DNA of 62,995 nt, counting the filler, from Sphacelaria rigidula (lineage: Eukaryota): assembly GCA_964200075.2 (NCBI GenBank). It is 6 parts of 6 records of this genome, joined end to end, with 100 filler letters (N's around TTAATTAATTAA, not from the genome) between each part and the next. Parts side by side here need not be neighbours in the genome. Positions count along the whole stretch, not along the records: positions 31,550 to 41,965 come from CAXNAA020006530.1; positions 42,066 to 52,480 come from CAXNAA020006531.1; 4 more parts are not named here. One strand, written 5' to 3'. Within the stretch, counting starts at the first letter, position 1. Each line of letters opens with the position of its first letter. The notes beneath the pieces are model-generated. The model did not search any database. It had not been told where the DNA came from and saw only the letters and a program-made list of their open reading frames with translations. Positions 39,701-50,509 of this stretch are shown one piece after another. The translations under genes were made by a program, and so were the position numbers.

Positions 39701-41748
39701 TTGTGTCAATTCGCTCTTTTTTTTTTTAATGGACCGGAATATATATATATATATAAATATGATATTGGAGAGCACACTCCCAACGTTCCCGGCGTTACAC
39801 CGTTCCGGTTCCCTAGAAAATACCGACGATAAGTCATTTACCACGATCAATGCTAAGTCATTTCCCCACGATCACCACTTCTGCTATAACAGCTGTTTGG
39901 ATGCCTTGAAATTGTCTTTGTTTCAAACAAAGGGTCTGAGTAAAATGGTCGATGCGATGGTTGAGAAAAGTTGGGGACCTAAAGACACGTTCACTCTCTG
40001 TAGGACCAGCATCTTGTGTCGATCCGCGCTACATCCATGCAAAAAGACTCTTCCAACTACAGCACGCACGCAGCGCTCGCCATTGCCAGTTACACCCGTG
40101 AGAGCATGGTATCCTCTCGAGAGTTTTTTTTTTTCGTGTGTTTTGGGGTGTTTTGTTTTGTATTTTCATACGTCCATCCTTGTGGTATGTGTGTGCTGTT
40201 TTTTCTTGTTTTTGTGTAATACATTTTTCTTCTTTTTTTCTTGTTTCTTCATAATGAATTGAGGGTGGCAACAGTCAATCGACTGTTATGCTGTGCCGGG
40301 CGCCACCTTTTAGAAAATCACTTTTTGGTGACGACGTTCTGGAGCACAGGATGTACCGGCAGAGGACCGTACCGGGACAGCTGGATGCGAGTCTTTTTCA
40401 GAAGGGTGTACGTGTTGAAACACAGATCTCCATCTTTCATATTTCCGAGTGTAACTTGAGAAAACCACCCACGCACAACACAAGGCGTTTCCAATTTTTA
40501 GTCACGATAAAACCTGGAAGATGACCAACCTTCATGACTTATGTATAACCATTTATTGAAGCCATTTTGTTTCTGCGGTATCTACCCATGTACACGGCAA
40601 GCATGCACCATAGGTATCGACGAAAGTTATAAGCTACACATTGGATCATGGCCACGTACTTCGGTTTCTGTTTTTTTCTTTCCCTGTCAAAAACATGATT
40701 TTTGTTGTTGCTTGTGTGGGGTGCTGTGTCGTCAGGTGGAAGTGAGCTATGCCCTACCGGACCGCACGTTGACCATCAGCCGACCGCCGAAGAACCGCTT
40801 ACCCCTAGTGGACTTCAGCTACAGACCGCTGTTGGCCTGTCTGTCGGTGGAAAACTTGCTATGCGTTGTCGGCCTGTTGCTCACGGAGGCAAAGGTGAGA
40901 GGGCGAGCGTGCTCGACTGTGTCAGTCATTATTTCATTCCTCGGGTGCCAAACCGTGTCATAATCGACTCTAGATGGACAGATCATCGGGAATGTGCTCC
41001 GAAACAGTTGCTCTCGTCATCGACTCTAGAGAGACAAACCACTGGGAATATGTTCTGAAGCAACTAACTGCTTTTCGTGTAGTAAAACATGGCAACAACA
41101 AAAAAACCCCGACATGCTTTGCTTATTCCGACCCTTCCTCGTGTTACTGGGGACGACCACGTACGTAGTCTCAAAGGAATGAACTATAGAAACATTTAAC
41201 GGATGTGTTTTTCTTGTGAAGTAGAAGGTGGATGGCAGCTTCTACCTTGAAATCCGCCATCAGTTTTTGTGACAGTCGTCGCATGGCAGGCAGTTTTACA
41301 GAGGAACGCGAACGAGGCTATGGAGCATAATGGAAACTCACAGCAGATAACGATTTATTCCTCTGTGGTAGTGTGTAAACACTGGACAATATGTGGCCGA
41401 TAGATTTCGTGTATAAAAATATACTGGGCAAAGTATTGGCATATTGCAACTATTGTCGCCCGATAATGGTTGCAATATATCCATACTTTACCCAGTACAT
41501 TTTTTGTTCATTGCATCTGTTGACCATATATTGTACGGGTTGTGAAACGTTGCAGCTGTCCCCCATCCCCCACCCCTCGCCGCCGCTGCCGCCGCTGCCG
41601 TGACTTGCGTTGGTAGGTGGCGCTTTGCTCGTCGCACTACGCGCTCCTGACCCCGGCGGCGGAGGGCTTGGTGTCGCTGCTGTTTCCATTTGTGTGGCAA
41701 GGAGCCTACATTCCCGTGATGCCTTTTAACATGAAGGACGTTCTTGAG
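33683..41748 (+). CDS. DENN-domain protein (putative Rab GEF) preceded by an ArfGAP-like C-terminal segment; partial at both ends, 8 exons
   Basis: Exons 33683-33789, 34470-34575, 35008-35157, 35988-36278, 38613-38756, 39580-39672, 40736-40894, 41617-41748; all GT-AG and in frame. uDENN motifs: RLVDYFVVVG, PLPEHLPQFVFPDG, FHFVLTNSSGLKMHGAAL. cDENN motifs: KALVLVSHYPFY, PIERYISNFVCEVPLPPQG, LPLVDFSYRPLLACLSVENLL, LLTEAKVALCS, LLFPFVWQGAYIPVMP. Confidence 0.9.
34333..34705. repeat. Inverted pair of a 70-100 nt G-tract-flanked dispersed repeat around a DENN-gene exon
   Basis: Consensus GTACTCA..GCC.TAGTCGT....CATTGAC..CGCATCCC....GACGGAGCA. Copies at 9988-10085(-), 28905-28993(-), 29181-29255(-), 34333-34420(-), 34608-34705(+), 41790-41909(+), 41910-41965(+), 47286-47397(+). 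Confidence 0.85.
35988..36278 (+). CDS. DENN gene exon (uDENN)
   Basis: aacag|FVFPDGMRLQTEEGPPTMFHFVLTNSSG...WLRDT|gtgagg. Confidence 0.9.
36521..36860 (+). mobile_element. tRNA-derived SINE family A
   Basis: TGGCTCAGTTGG A box, GGTTCGATTCTC B box, shared tail. Confidence 0.82.
36862..37200 (-). mobile_element. tRNA-derived SINE family B, tail-to-tail with SINE-A
   Basis: Shares GTCTCGCGGATTG...GACCGCGTCAACTC-like and CCTTCCTCGGGA blocks with 26300-26430. Confidence 0.7.
37216..37321. mobile_element. Short degenerate piggyBac-like foldback
   Basis: TTAA flanks, CCCTC...AAAAGG ends, internal inverted arms TGACGATTT/AAATCGTCA. Confidence 0.5.
38820..38950. repeat. ~20-bp intronic minisatellite (GCTCCAGCGTGCGTGTG.CA.)
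   Basis: 5-6 degenerate tandem units. Confidence 0.85.
40736..40894 (+). CDS. DENN gene exon (cDENN)
   Basis: gtcag|VEVSYALPDR...LLLTEAK|gtgaga. Confidence 0.92.
41617..41748 (+). CDS. DENN gene exon (cDENN)
   Basis: ggtag|VALCSSHYALL...FPFVWQGAYIPVMPFNMKDVLE|gtaggt. Confidence 0.92.
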
Positions 41749-41965
41749 GTAGGTCGTCGCCGCCTCATTGATGCTGATGGTGTTGGAAAGGGGGGGTGTA
41801 CTCATGATCTTGCATGCCATAGTCGTACGAACATTGACCTCGCATCCCTATAAAGCCGGGACGGAGCACGCTGGGTTCTCGCCGGACCGTGTTCGAAGGG
41901 GGGGGGGGGCGTACTCATTTGTTGCTTGCCTTAGTCGTTCCACCATTGACCACGCATCCCTTTCG

Positions 41966-42065
41966 NNNNNNNNNNNNNNNNNNNNNNNNNNNNNNNNNNN
42001 NNNNNNNNNTTAATTAATTAANNNNNNNNNNNNNNNNNNNNNNNNNNNNNNNNNNNNNNNNNNNN
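41966..42065. other. Artificial contig spacer
   Basis: Same N44-TTAATTAATTAA-N44 structure. Confidence 0.98.

Positions 42066-42132
<67 letters not shown>
42066..42132. repeat. Poly-G run at contig start
   Basis: 67 consecutive G; may be real or a sequencing artefact. Confidence 0.9.
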
Positions 42133-42880
42133 CGGAGCGAGGGCCTGAAGCCCTATTGTGTTCCTAAGAACCGCAGCATCCTTATCTCTGTCCTTTAGTG
42201 AAATCATTGTTATGTTTCATTGTCCAAACCCTGTCATTCGGTCCTCAGCAGTGGGGCGTTTTCAGCCGAATCAACAAGCCTTGTTTGATACATGGTGCTT
42301 AGTGCACCACGGTACCGTATCGCTCATCGTGACATAGGGGCAGTGGGTGAAGATGCCAGAGAATGCGCGAGTGCATCTGTGCAGCACATGCCAGCAAGAA
42401 GACGTGACGACTTAAAATATGATCACCTCGATCGATCGTCAGATCACTCGCGGCATCCGGCACATGCCAATAAATCCTTAGCACTACTAGCAAACATCAG
42501 TCATTTTGTTCCTGTATAGACATGCTACAGAGGTCTGTCCGGGGTACATGCTGTGATGAAAACCAGCTGAAAATGAGACTCGCTGTTGTCATCTGCAGAT
42601 AAATCCTGATACACTCGCCGCCATACGAACACTCTGAAGGACAGGTCGGCGAGAGGGAGAGGGAAGCACCCTGGGAAGCGCTGAGGCTAGACAAGAAAAA
42701 CAGACAGGCTGCGACTGCGAGGCACGTGCGTTGCCGATAAAGCACGAATATATCGACGGAGGCGGTCATAAATAGAGGGAACAACTGCCTCAAAACACAC
42801 ACTTCCTACAGTGAGGGCACAGCACAGTAGTACGGTAGCTGCGTAAACAGAGCGAAAAAAGACCCAGGATAAATAGCGAG

Positions 42881-43054
42881 ATGGGAGACGCAGGAGCATG
42901 TCAGACATCCAACAAGAAGGACTACGATGACGAGGAGGATGAAGCACCCCCGGCGGCACTGGACGAGGGCGACATCGCGCTCCTCAAGACGTACGGTCTA
43001 GGACCCTACACAACCGCCATCAAGAACATCGAGAAGGAGATCAACGAGTCCAAG
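42881..43054 (+). CDS. RPT1: RPT1 exon 1
   Basis: MGDAG...[17 protein letters not shown]...INESK then gtgaag donor; 58 codons. Confidence 0.9.
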
Positions 43055-46000
43055 GTGAAGAGGAAGCTTGCTGAAATCGTCCAGTAGGTTCTCGAGTATT
43101 TTTCACCCGGGGCGACTTGAAAATCCATGATCGACTTCCTTCATAATCGGAGGACTCCATTGCCGCACTTGGTCGGTTGATTGTCGCCGAGGTTAAAGAT
43201 AAATGCACTATAACAGTAATATCGCATCTCCCCCCTCCCCCCAAGCATCTCACCCGCGAGATGTTTCCACACGAGGCAACTTTGGGCCGCGTAGTCATCG
43301 CCATTTATTTCCGCGCAACTTTGAGGTTGGATTTTTCATCGCCTCTGGGTGATATATTCCCGATGATGACGAATTTACTCACGTGCATCACCCCTCGTCT
43401 ACTTCGCGTAAGCCCTTCTGGGCCTCAGTGCGTGTTGGTACTACATGCGTGTAGTGCTAGCGGCGTCTTTTTTCTTTCCGAATGGTCCTGAACCCATCAC
43501 ATCACCAGAGGGTGGGGCGATTAAGCAGCCAGAAATCAAAACACGCGTTTTTTTTTCTCGTTTACACGGGAAAAGCGTCCCGAGGCGATAGCATAGCAAG
43601 GCTTGCCCCATACCGTACTACAATCATGTGATTCTACGAAAGCTAACACGACAAGGATGGAGTATGAGTATTATTTCATGACGTGTATCCTACCGGGGTG
43701 TGTTTATTGATGTTGGTTTGAAATAGCCATCATTTTCTTGCGCCCTTTGGCCATTTTGTTGAAGAGTAGGGGAAACTCATTAAGAGCCCCATGTCTACAC
43801 ACCCCATATCCACCCGTAGACAGTAATCAGAGCCAATCCGCCGAGTAGACAAACACCAACAAGCAGCTAGGGTATCAGGGGAACCGCGAGTACGTGACGA
43901 CTGTATTATGCAGTAACGGAAAGAGTCTTGACAATCCTCCGTACCCCGTTTAGCCCCGACTGGCAGCAGCATGATCGGGGGTACAAGCCACCAGCAACTG
44001 CCACGCACAAACTGGTACGAACATGGATCCTGCGGTGGCACATCTCTCCGTACATGTACTGTACTGTACTGTGCTGTACTGCACCGTTGACTCACGAGCA
44101 CCTCATCAAGGCACGACTTTGCTGCCCTGAGATCGAGCTGGGGATCACATTTGTCGGTGATATGCTTAGATTCAGATGGACATATTACTCTGCTGTGTGG
44201 TGTGGTACGATACGACGGTGCTGTGCTGTGCTGATGTAGTACTGACGGTGACTGCTCTGGGGTATGCATGGACTGCACTATTTTATTGTGTGCGTCATTC
44301 TCCGTACTAACGACGAGCCAGCAGAGAGCGCTTTTGGTTGAGTCTAGGGTGCAAAAAGAGCTTCATGTAATGTGTAATATATATATATATATATATGTAC
44401 GCCAAGAAGTAGACGACGTCGTCGTGCAGTATTCGATAGAGTGAGTCAACCTCTTGAATTATCATGTGTTTCTGATCGGTCATGACTTGTATTCTTCAGC
44501 GAAAATCTCCCGGTTTGTTGCAAGCTCGTGTTCGTAGCCTGTGGTATTGTCGGCTTAGCTTCGTGCGTTATGTGATGTGGAGTTGAGTGGAGTCGTTCTT
44601 GTATTGGGGGCACACGTGCGAGTGTTTCCTAGCCAGTAACCCATTGTACTGTGTGTTATGTACATGTTTCACGGCACATTTTCTAATGGTGGACGCAACA
44701 AAAAAATGCCACCTCGTAAACCCTTTCAGCGCACATCCGGCAACTTGTTGGAAGGTGGGTATGCTGAAAGCAGGTTCGTGTTTGATTGTATCCTTTATGA
44801 AAAGCAGCAATTTCCCCACACCGTCCACCCCCTGGACAAGAGAAAGGAATCCCATTCGTTTCATTACTTCTTGTGTTATTCGTGCTTGATTTGCTCTTGT
44901 ACAGGAGCAAGTAAAAGAGCTCATTGGTATCAAGGAGTCGGACACGGGGCTGTCACAGCCGAGCCAGTGGGATTTGGTGTCGGACAAGCAGATGATGCAG
45001 GAGGAGCAACCACTACAGGTGCGTATGTACCCCACACCAACTTCAATAACTGTAGCGCCCAGTCGTACGGGTGACTTGTAGTTGACCCGGCTATTGTGAG
45101 GGGCTCGTATTAGCTGTGATAATTAAAGATACAATGCCTACATCGACTTGGCCGGCTGGACTTTTGCCACGCACACATCGTGTGCGCATTTCTGTGTCAT
45201 AGTCGGCATAGCATAGGGTACAGTCCGGCAATCTCTACGGCATACGGGGGTATTGTTGACGCGGGCATTGTGCTGACGGAGCCTTCGGCAGAGTACAGCT
45301 ACGGGTGCTATGCTGTGTGAGATGTGGACGCCCCGAAAACTTCGACCCGCCCGCTCAACCGTAGACAAAGATAGCTACGCATGCCATTATCCAAGAAATA
45401 AAGTTTTTCGGTATGATTTTGCGCCCAGAAGTCCATCAAAAGGTCACAAACGCATGCAATTGCCATACTTCATACGTCGGCGGGATTGACAGACCGGGTT
45501 CTCGGAACAGAAACCCTTGGGGTGCTCTCAGGGTTGAGTTTTTATTCTTTCATACCCCTACGTAATCTTCACACACGCATGACCCTCTTTAGCCTCCAAC
45601 GACTGATCTTGATTTCAAGGGTGATGTTTTGTCGGCCATCTTCCGTCCATGTGCTGCAGCAGATATATCCGGCTTTTGTACCGCCACGATCAGAAAGCCG
45701 GCTGCTTGGACCAAATCCCGAGGCAGAATACCTGACCGCATCGTGTGTGTTCTTTTTGTGAGATCGTGTCAAGTTTTTATTCTCTTCATGTTTGAGTAGC
45801 ATTCCTGTGTTACCTTCCTCCTGTGTGACCATGTCTGCTGCGCCCACATATACCGAAAGGTGTAGACTGGCGTCCATAGTAGATGGAATGACATCAAACA
45901 CAATCGCAGCAGTAGGAGTAACAGTAACAGCAGCGGTAATAGTAGAACCATCCTGTTACCGGTGGAGCGTTTCAGGTCATTAACCCGCGCGTGTTTTCTG

Positions 46001-49000
46001 TCCGGGTATATGTTGGCGGCCGCCGCCGCCGCTCAGGTGGCGAGGTGCACCAAAATCATCAGTTCAGGGCAAGACGAAAACAAGTACGTCATCAACGTCA
46101 GGCAGATCGCAAAGTTCGTGGTCGGCCTAGGCGAGAAGGTAGCCCCCACGGACGTGGAGGAGGGCATGCGTGTCGGGGTGGACCGGACAAAGTACTCGGT
46201 GCAGATCCCGCTCCCGCCCAAGATAGACCCTACGGTGAGAGACGACGCAGGAATTGGCAGCGCGCCGGGGGGGGTATAAAATCAAAGAGGGGGGGGTTGG
46301 AGCACGCGCAGAGGGGTAGGGAGGGGCGCGCGGGGGGGTTTACGTAACTCGCGTTGTGTTTGAGCGTCAAATAACCTTAGATTCGTGCACGACTTGCGGG
46401 GAGTCCATTTTCAAAGCATGGTTCGTTTGACTAGTATTGTTTGTAACCCTGATCCTGAAAGAGGGCCTGTCCGTGAAGGCTGAAGAAGATGAACACAATA
46501 GTTGGGGGAAAGTTGCATGGCTAACACCGTGCGACAATTGAACTGGAACATCTCTGCCGGAAGGAGGGAAGCGGCCGACAGCTGTACGGCTATCGCGGAG
46601 TTTGATGCACGTGCAAGGGGATGCGTTTGTTTTGTGTATCCTTCGTGTGTGTGTGTGTGTTTTTTTCGTATTTTTGAGTTACTGTATATTAGTAGGAACG
46701 CTGTTGGTTTATGTTGGAGTATACGGAACATTTTGCACCATACTCTGACACCATACATGTACTTCGAAGTTCAGATGTTTCCCTTGTTCATGCAAGACAC
46801 TACGAAGGTTGAACAAAAATAGCTGAAGACTCGCCTCGACACACGACCCGACCTTGCGAAATACCTCAGGTGAGCCTCATGACAGTCGAGGACAAGCCAG
46901 ACGTGACGTACGAAGACGTTGGCGGCGCCAAAGAAGCCCTGGAAAAGCTTCGAGAGGTGGTGGAACTCCCTTTGCTGCATCCAGAACGTTTCGTCACGCT
47001 GGGCATCGATCCCCCCAAGGGCGTACTGCTGTTTGGTCCCCCCGGCACGGGCAAGACGCTGTCGGCGCGAGCTGTGGCAAATCGCACGGACGCTTGCTTC
47101 ATCCGCGTGATCGGTAGCGAGCTGGTCCAGAAGTATGTCGGGGAGGGTGCACGTATGGTTCGAGAGCTGTTCACGATGGCGCGGGGCAAGAAGGCTTGCA
47201 TCGTATTCTTTGATGAGATCGATGCTATCGGTGAGGGATGGAAGGGAGAGCGCGCGGGGGGGGATTAGGGGTGGGCGTGGGAGTTGGTGTATTCATGATC
47301 TTGCAAGCCGTAGTCATGAGACCATTGACTTTGCATCCCGACGAAACCGGGACGGAGAACGCCGGCCGTCCGCCGGGCCAGGCTCGGGGGGCGGGGGACG
47401 GGCAAGGAATCTTGATTAGAAAAGCTCACACACGCACGCTAGTATAGAAATTGTTCTGATTCGAAGTTTCTCGCGCCGTTGGTTTTCCCCCTCCCAGGTT
47501 TCAATCATTGGTGTGAACGATCACTCAAACGTGGTGTACATGGTACGAGCAACTGCGGTTTTATGCCTTTTTTACGTTCTCTGAGACTTGAGCCGAGTTG
47601 GTTGACATCCGATAGAATAGAAAAGGGTCATCGGCGTGAAAAAAGTACACGGAAATCTTCCAGCGTCAGGGCACACATCCAACACCTCCAGAAGCACAAG
47701 TTGATCATACATGATGGATATCGATATTTTGATTTTTTTGCAGGTCTTGAAATTGATAACGGGGGCGAGAAGCTTTGCTCAAAAAAAGCTTCGTGTTTCT
47801 TCGAGAGGACAGGTCCTCGGTGTTCGATGACTTGTCACGTATAAAAAAAAGCCAACATTAATTCATGTAGCAAACTTGCAAAACCAGTGAAAACATGATT
47901 GGGAGATGACTCTTCTTCCCTGCTCCCTCTGATTTTTTCGCAATACGTCGAAAGCCTGTCGGTGGTCGTCGTTTCTGATTCCTTACTGTTTCAAGGGTGT
48001 AGCGGGTAGGGTAAAAACCCGGCTACTTTCTCGAATTTTGTGTTGCGATGGTCCGATCTCCAAACTCTACCCGAGATTTGGGTACGTTGAAGTATGATTT
48101 AAAAAAAATGCCCGAAATGTAGGAATTATCCTATCGAACAAGCCCATGTAGGATTTTATCTTTAGATTGCACTCCCCCCACCCCCCGATCTAGAGTGTAG
48201 GTGTAGTTCCGGCAAGAGTACGGCCCCTAATTTTCAGTCGGGGTAAAGTCGTTCAGGCGCAGACTGTTGTTGAAGTCACGTTGAAGGCCTGTGTAATTTC
48301 ATCATGTGTGGTCCGACTGCAATTTTGCGTACGTTTTCCAATGATTGCGTCGTGCTATTTTGATGTTGGTAAAAGTTTGCACCAAAAGATATCACGCGTC
48401 CATCGTTCGTAGCACTCAGTTTCTCACACAAAAACATGTAGCACACGGAGGTCACATCGCCGACACGTTCCTCTCTCCAGTGTCGAAGTTCTGAGGTGGC
48501 AGTCCCCATCCTTCCTGTAGACAAACGTTCCTGCAGATAATGACATGTGAGCAGTCGACCATCCCGTGCTGAACACGTGCCGTTACCCCCCCCCCGTCCT
48601 CCATTTTCCCCGTTTCCGAGACGAATCTGCAATAAAACCGAGACAAATGTGCAATCTAAAGAGGCCAACCCGTCTTTCATTCGGTAGTCGCCTCGCGCGT
48701 ACACGGAGCATGGGATCACAGCTACACTGGATCGCGACTATCAGCATTCCCGCAGCCCCCTGACCTGTCATCTATTTTTTTGTCCCATTGTTTGTTATCT
48801 CACCTTGGGTGTGATAGGCGGTAGTCGAACGGGGGGAGATGACAGTGGGGGGGACAACGAGGTGCAGCGCACCATGCTTCAGATCGTTACAGAGCTCGAC
48901 GGGTTCGACCCCAGGGGTAATATCAAGGTTTTGATGGCCACCAACCGGCCTGACACCTTGGACCCCGCGCTGCTCCGCCCAGGACGTCTGGATCGAAAGG

Positions 49001-50509
49001 TGTGTGGGTGTAGGTGTGCGTGTGTGTGGCCGGGAAGCCACAATGGTGATGGTGACGGCGGCAGTGGATACGCTAGCGTGTTCGGTAGCCAGGGTTGTTT
49101 AGTAGAAGGCTGCCGTCATGATTCATGGTGGATTGATGCTGGATCAGTATGAGATAACACTTGATACTGGAGTATTGATCGGGTGCTCTGCCGCACGAGC
49201 TATGATCACGGTGAAAAAATACACGCACGTTTGAACACGTGGTGAAATGGCTGCGCGTTATATCATATCGTTACATAGCATTATATAGTATCAAATGGTA
49301 ATATATAATCCGTAGCTAGGGGTGATGGGCTGAGAGGTTCGGGTAAAGTAGCCGTAAAGGAGAGGGTCGATGACTTTTCCCCCTCCCTGACTCAGAAACA
49401 CACTTTTTGGAACAGCCTGGTGCTATTTCTTGTTGTGGTTCACATTCCCCCACTGCAAGAAGTGAAAGAGTACAATACATGATTGTAGGATTTCGATGTG
49501 AAGCGTCCTGGCTTTTGTTTCATGACTGCGCACCGGTGGTCACAGCTGGAGATCTTGAACTTTCTCCAGTCCTTCTCTCATATTTTCTGTTCATTTTCCC
49601 CGTGTTCGTAGGAATTCCGTCGACACGAGTATTTCTGGTTGTCAACATTAGGTTGGTTTATCTCGTGTCCGTGGCTGGGTTCGTTTCTGATAAGTTTTTT
49701 TGTGTGACAATCGATCGATCAATCATATCCGCAGCCCCCCTTCTGTAACAATGCGTACTTCGTCGTGTGTCGAGCAGCCAACTACTTGGCTGAGTAAGTT
49801 GAACCTTGCGTGCGAGACGGTTCAAGAAGGCGACGCTTGTATGGACTACGTCGGATTTTTTTTGCCTCAAGCAACCCCTCCAAAGTTTTGAGAGAAAAAC
49901 ATTGGTTTCTGTTTGGAACAGAGAACAGGCGTGTGCCCGGTTGGACCTCCATGTCGGCTGTTGTCATGATGGCTGCACCGACGAAAACATGGCACACCAT
50001 GCGATGCCATGTACCTAGTGGAACATCGCTACGGCTGCATTTTGGGCAATGACGGTGGCTCTCTCAGTGTGATCCTGCCACCTCCTCAGCAGTTGGGTGG
50101 CTTGTATGCTTCCGTCAAGGTGTTGAATCGTGTCGCCCAGACATATACATTCAACATCTACGACTCAAACTGAACCACAACCAACCACGAAACCCAACCA
50201 ACGTAACCCAACCCATGGCTATAACAGGTGGAGTTCGGGCTGCCAGATCTAGAGGGGAGGGCTCACATCCTTAGCATTCACTCCAAGTCCATGAACGTGG
50301 ACCGAAACATCCGGTACGAACTGATAGCACGACTGTGCCCCAACACCACGGGCGCGGAGCTGCGGTCGGTGTGCACGGAGGCGGGCATGTTTGCGATTCG
50401 CGCGCGGAAAAAGTCCATCTCTGAGAAAGACTTTTTGGACGCCGTGAACAAGGTCATCAAGGGGTACCAGAAGTTCTCTTCTACGCCCAAGTATATGGTG
50501 TACAACTAG
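42881..50509 (+). CDS. RPT1: 26S proteasome regulatory subunit 7 (AAA-ATPase RPT1/PSMC2), complete, 6 exons, 436 aa
   Basis: Exons 42881-43054, 44905-45018, 46037-46234, 46870-47230, 48818-48999, 50228-50509; all introns GT-AG and phase-consistent. Motifs: [32 protein letters not shown], Walker [15 protein letters not shown], Walker [29 protein letters not shown]-terminus [11 protein letters not shown]. Confidence 0.97.
44905..45018 (+). CDS. RPT1: RPT1 exon 2
   Basis: tacag|[38 protein letters not shown]|gtgcgt; absent from the ORF track. Confidence 0.95.
45803..45901 (+). mobile_element. SINE-A 3' tail without the tRNA head
   Basis: CCTGTGTTACCTTCCTCCTGTGTGACC...GGCGTCCATAGTAGATGGAATGAC. 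Confidence 0.7.
46037..46234 (+). CDS. RPT1: RPT1 exon 3 (OB domain)
   Basis: ctcag|VARCTKII...LPPKIDPT|gtgaga. Confidence 0.96.
46870..47230 (+). CDS. RPT1: RPT1 exon 4 (Walker A and B)
   Basis: ctcag|[14 protein letters not shown]...GPPGTGKT...FFDEIDAI-G|gtgagg, phase 1. Confidence 0.97.
48818..48999 (+). CDS. RPT1: RPT1 exon 5 (second region of homology)
   Basis: gatag|[21 protein letters not shown]...RPGRLDRK|gtgtgt. Confidence 0.96.
50228..50509 (+). CDS. RPT1: RPT1 exon 6 (lid subdomain and stop)
   Basis: aacag|[11 protein letters not shown]...STPKYMVYN*. Confidence 0.97.
   Translation: MEFGLPDLEGRAHILSIHSKSMNVDRNIRYELIARLCPNTTGAELRSVCTEAGMFAIRARKKSISEKDFLDAVNKVIKGYQKFSSTPKYMVYN

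Noticed and set aside
39441..40262. 273-aa ORF, plus Phe-rich ORFs at 60744-61385 and the ORF at 51502-52236
   Set aside because: Low-complexity T-rich intronic or UTR sequence; the real exon 39580-39672 is in another frame
41790..41909. Self-cleaving ribozyme in the G-tract repeat
   Set aside because: No hammerhead CUGAnGA/GAAA core or HDV-like motif visible on either strand; a covariance search would be needed to exclude other folds
42010..42207. ORF ending in poly-proline
   Set aside because: It is the translation of a poly-G homopolymer at a contig edge running into the N spacer
33683..50509. Functional cluster of the DENN gene and RPT1
   Set aside because: They lie on different contigs joined by an artificial spacer
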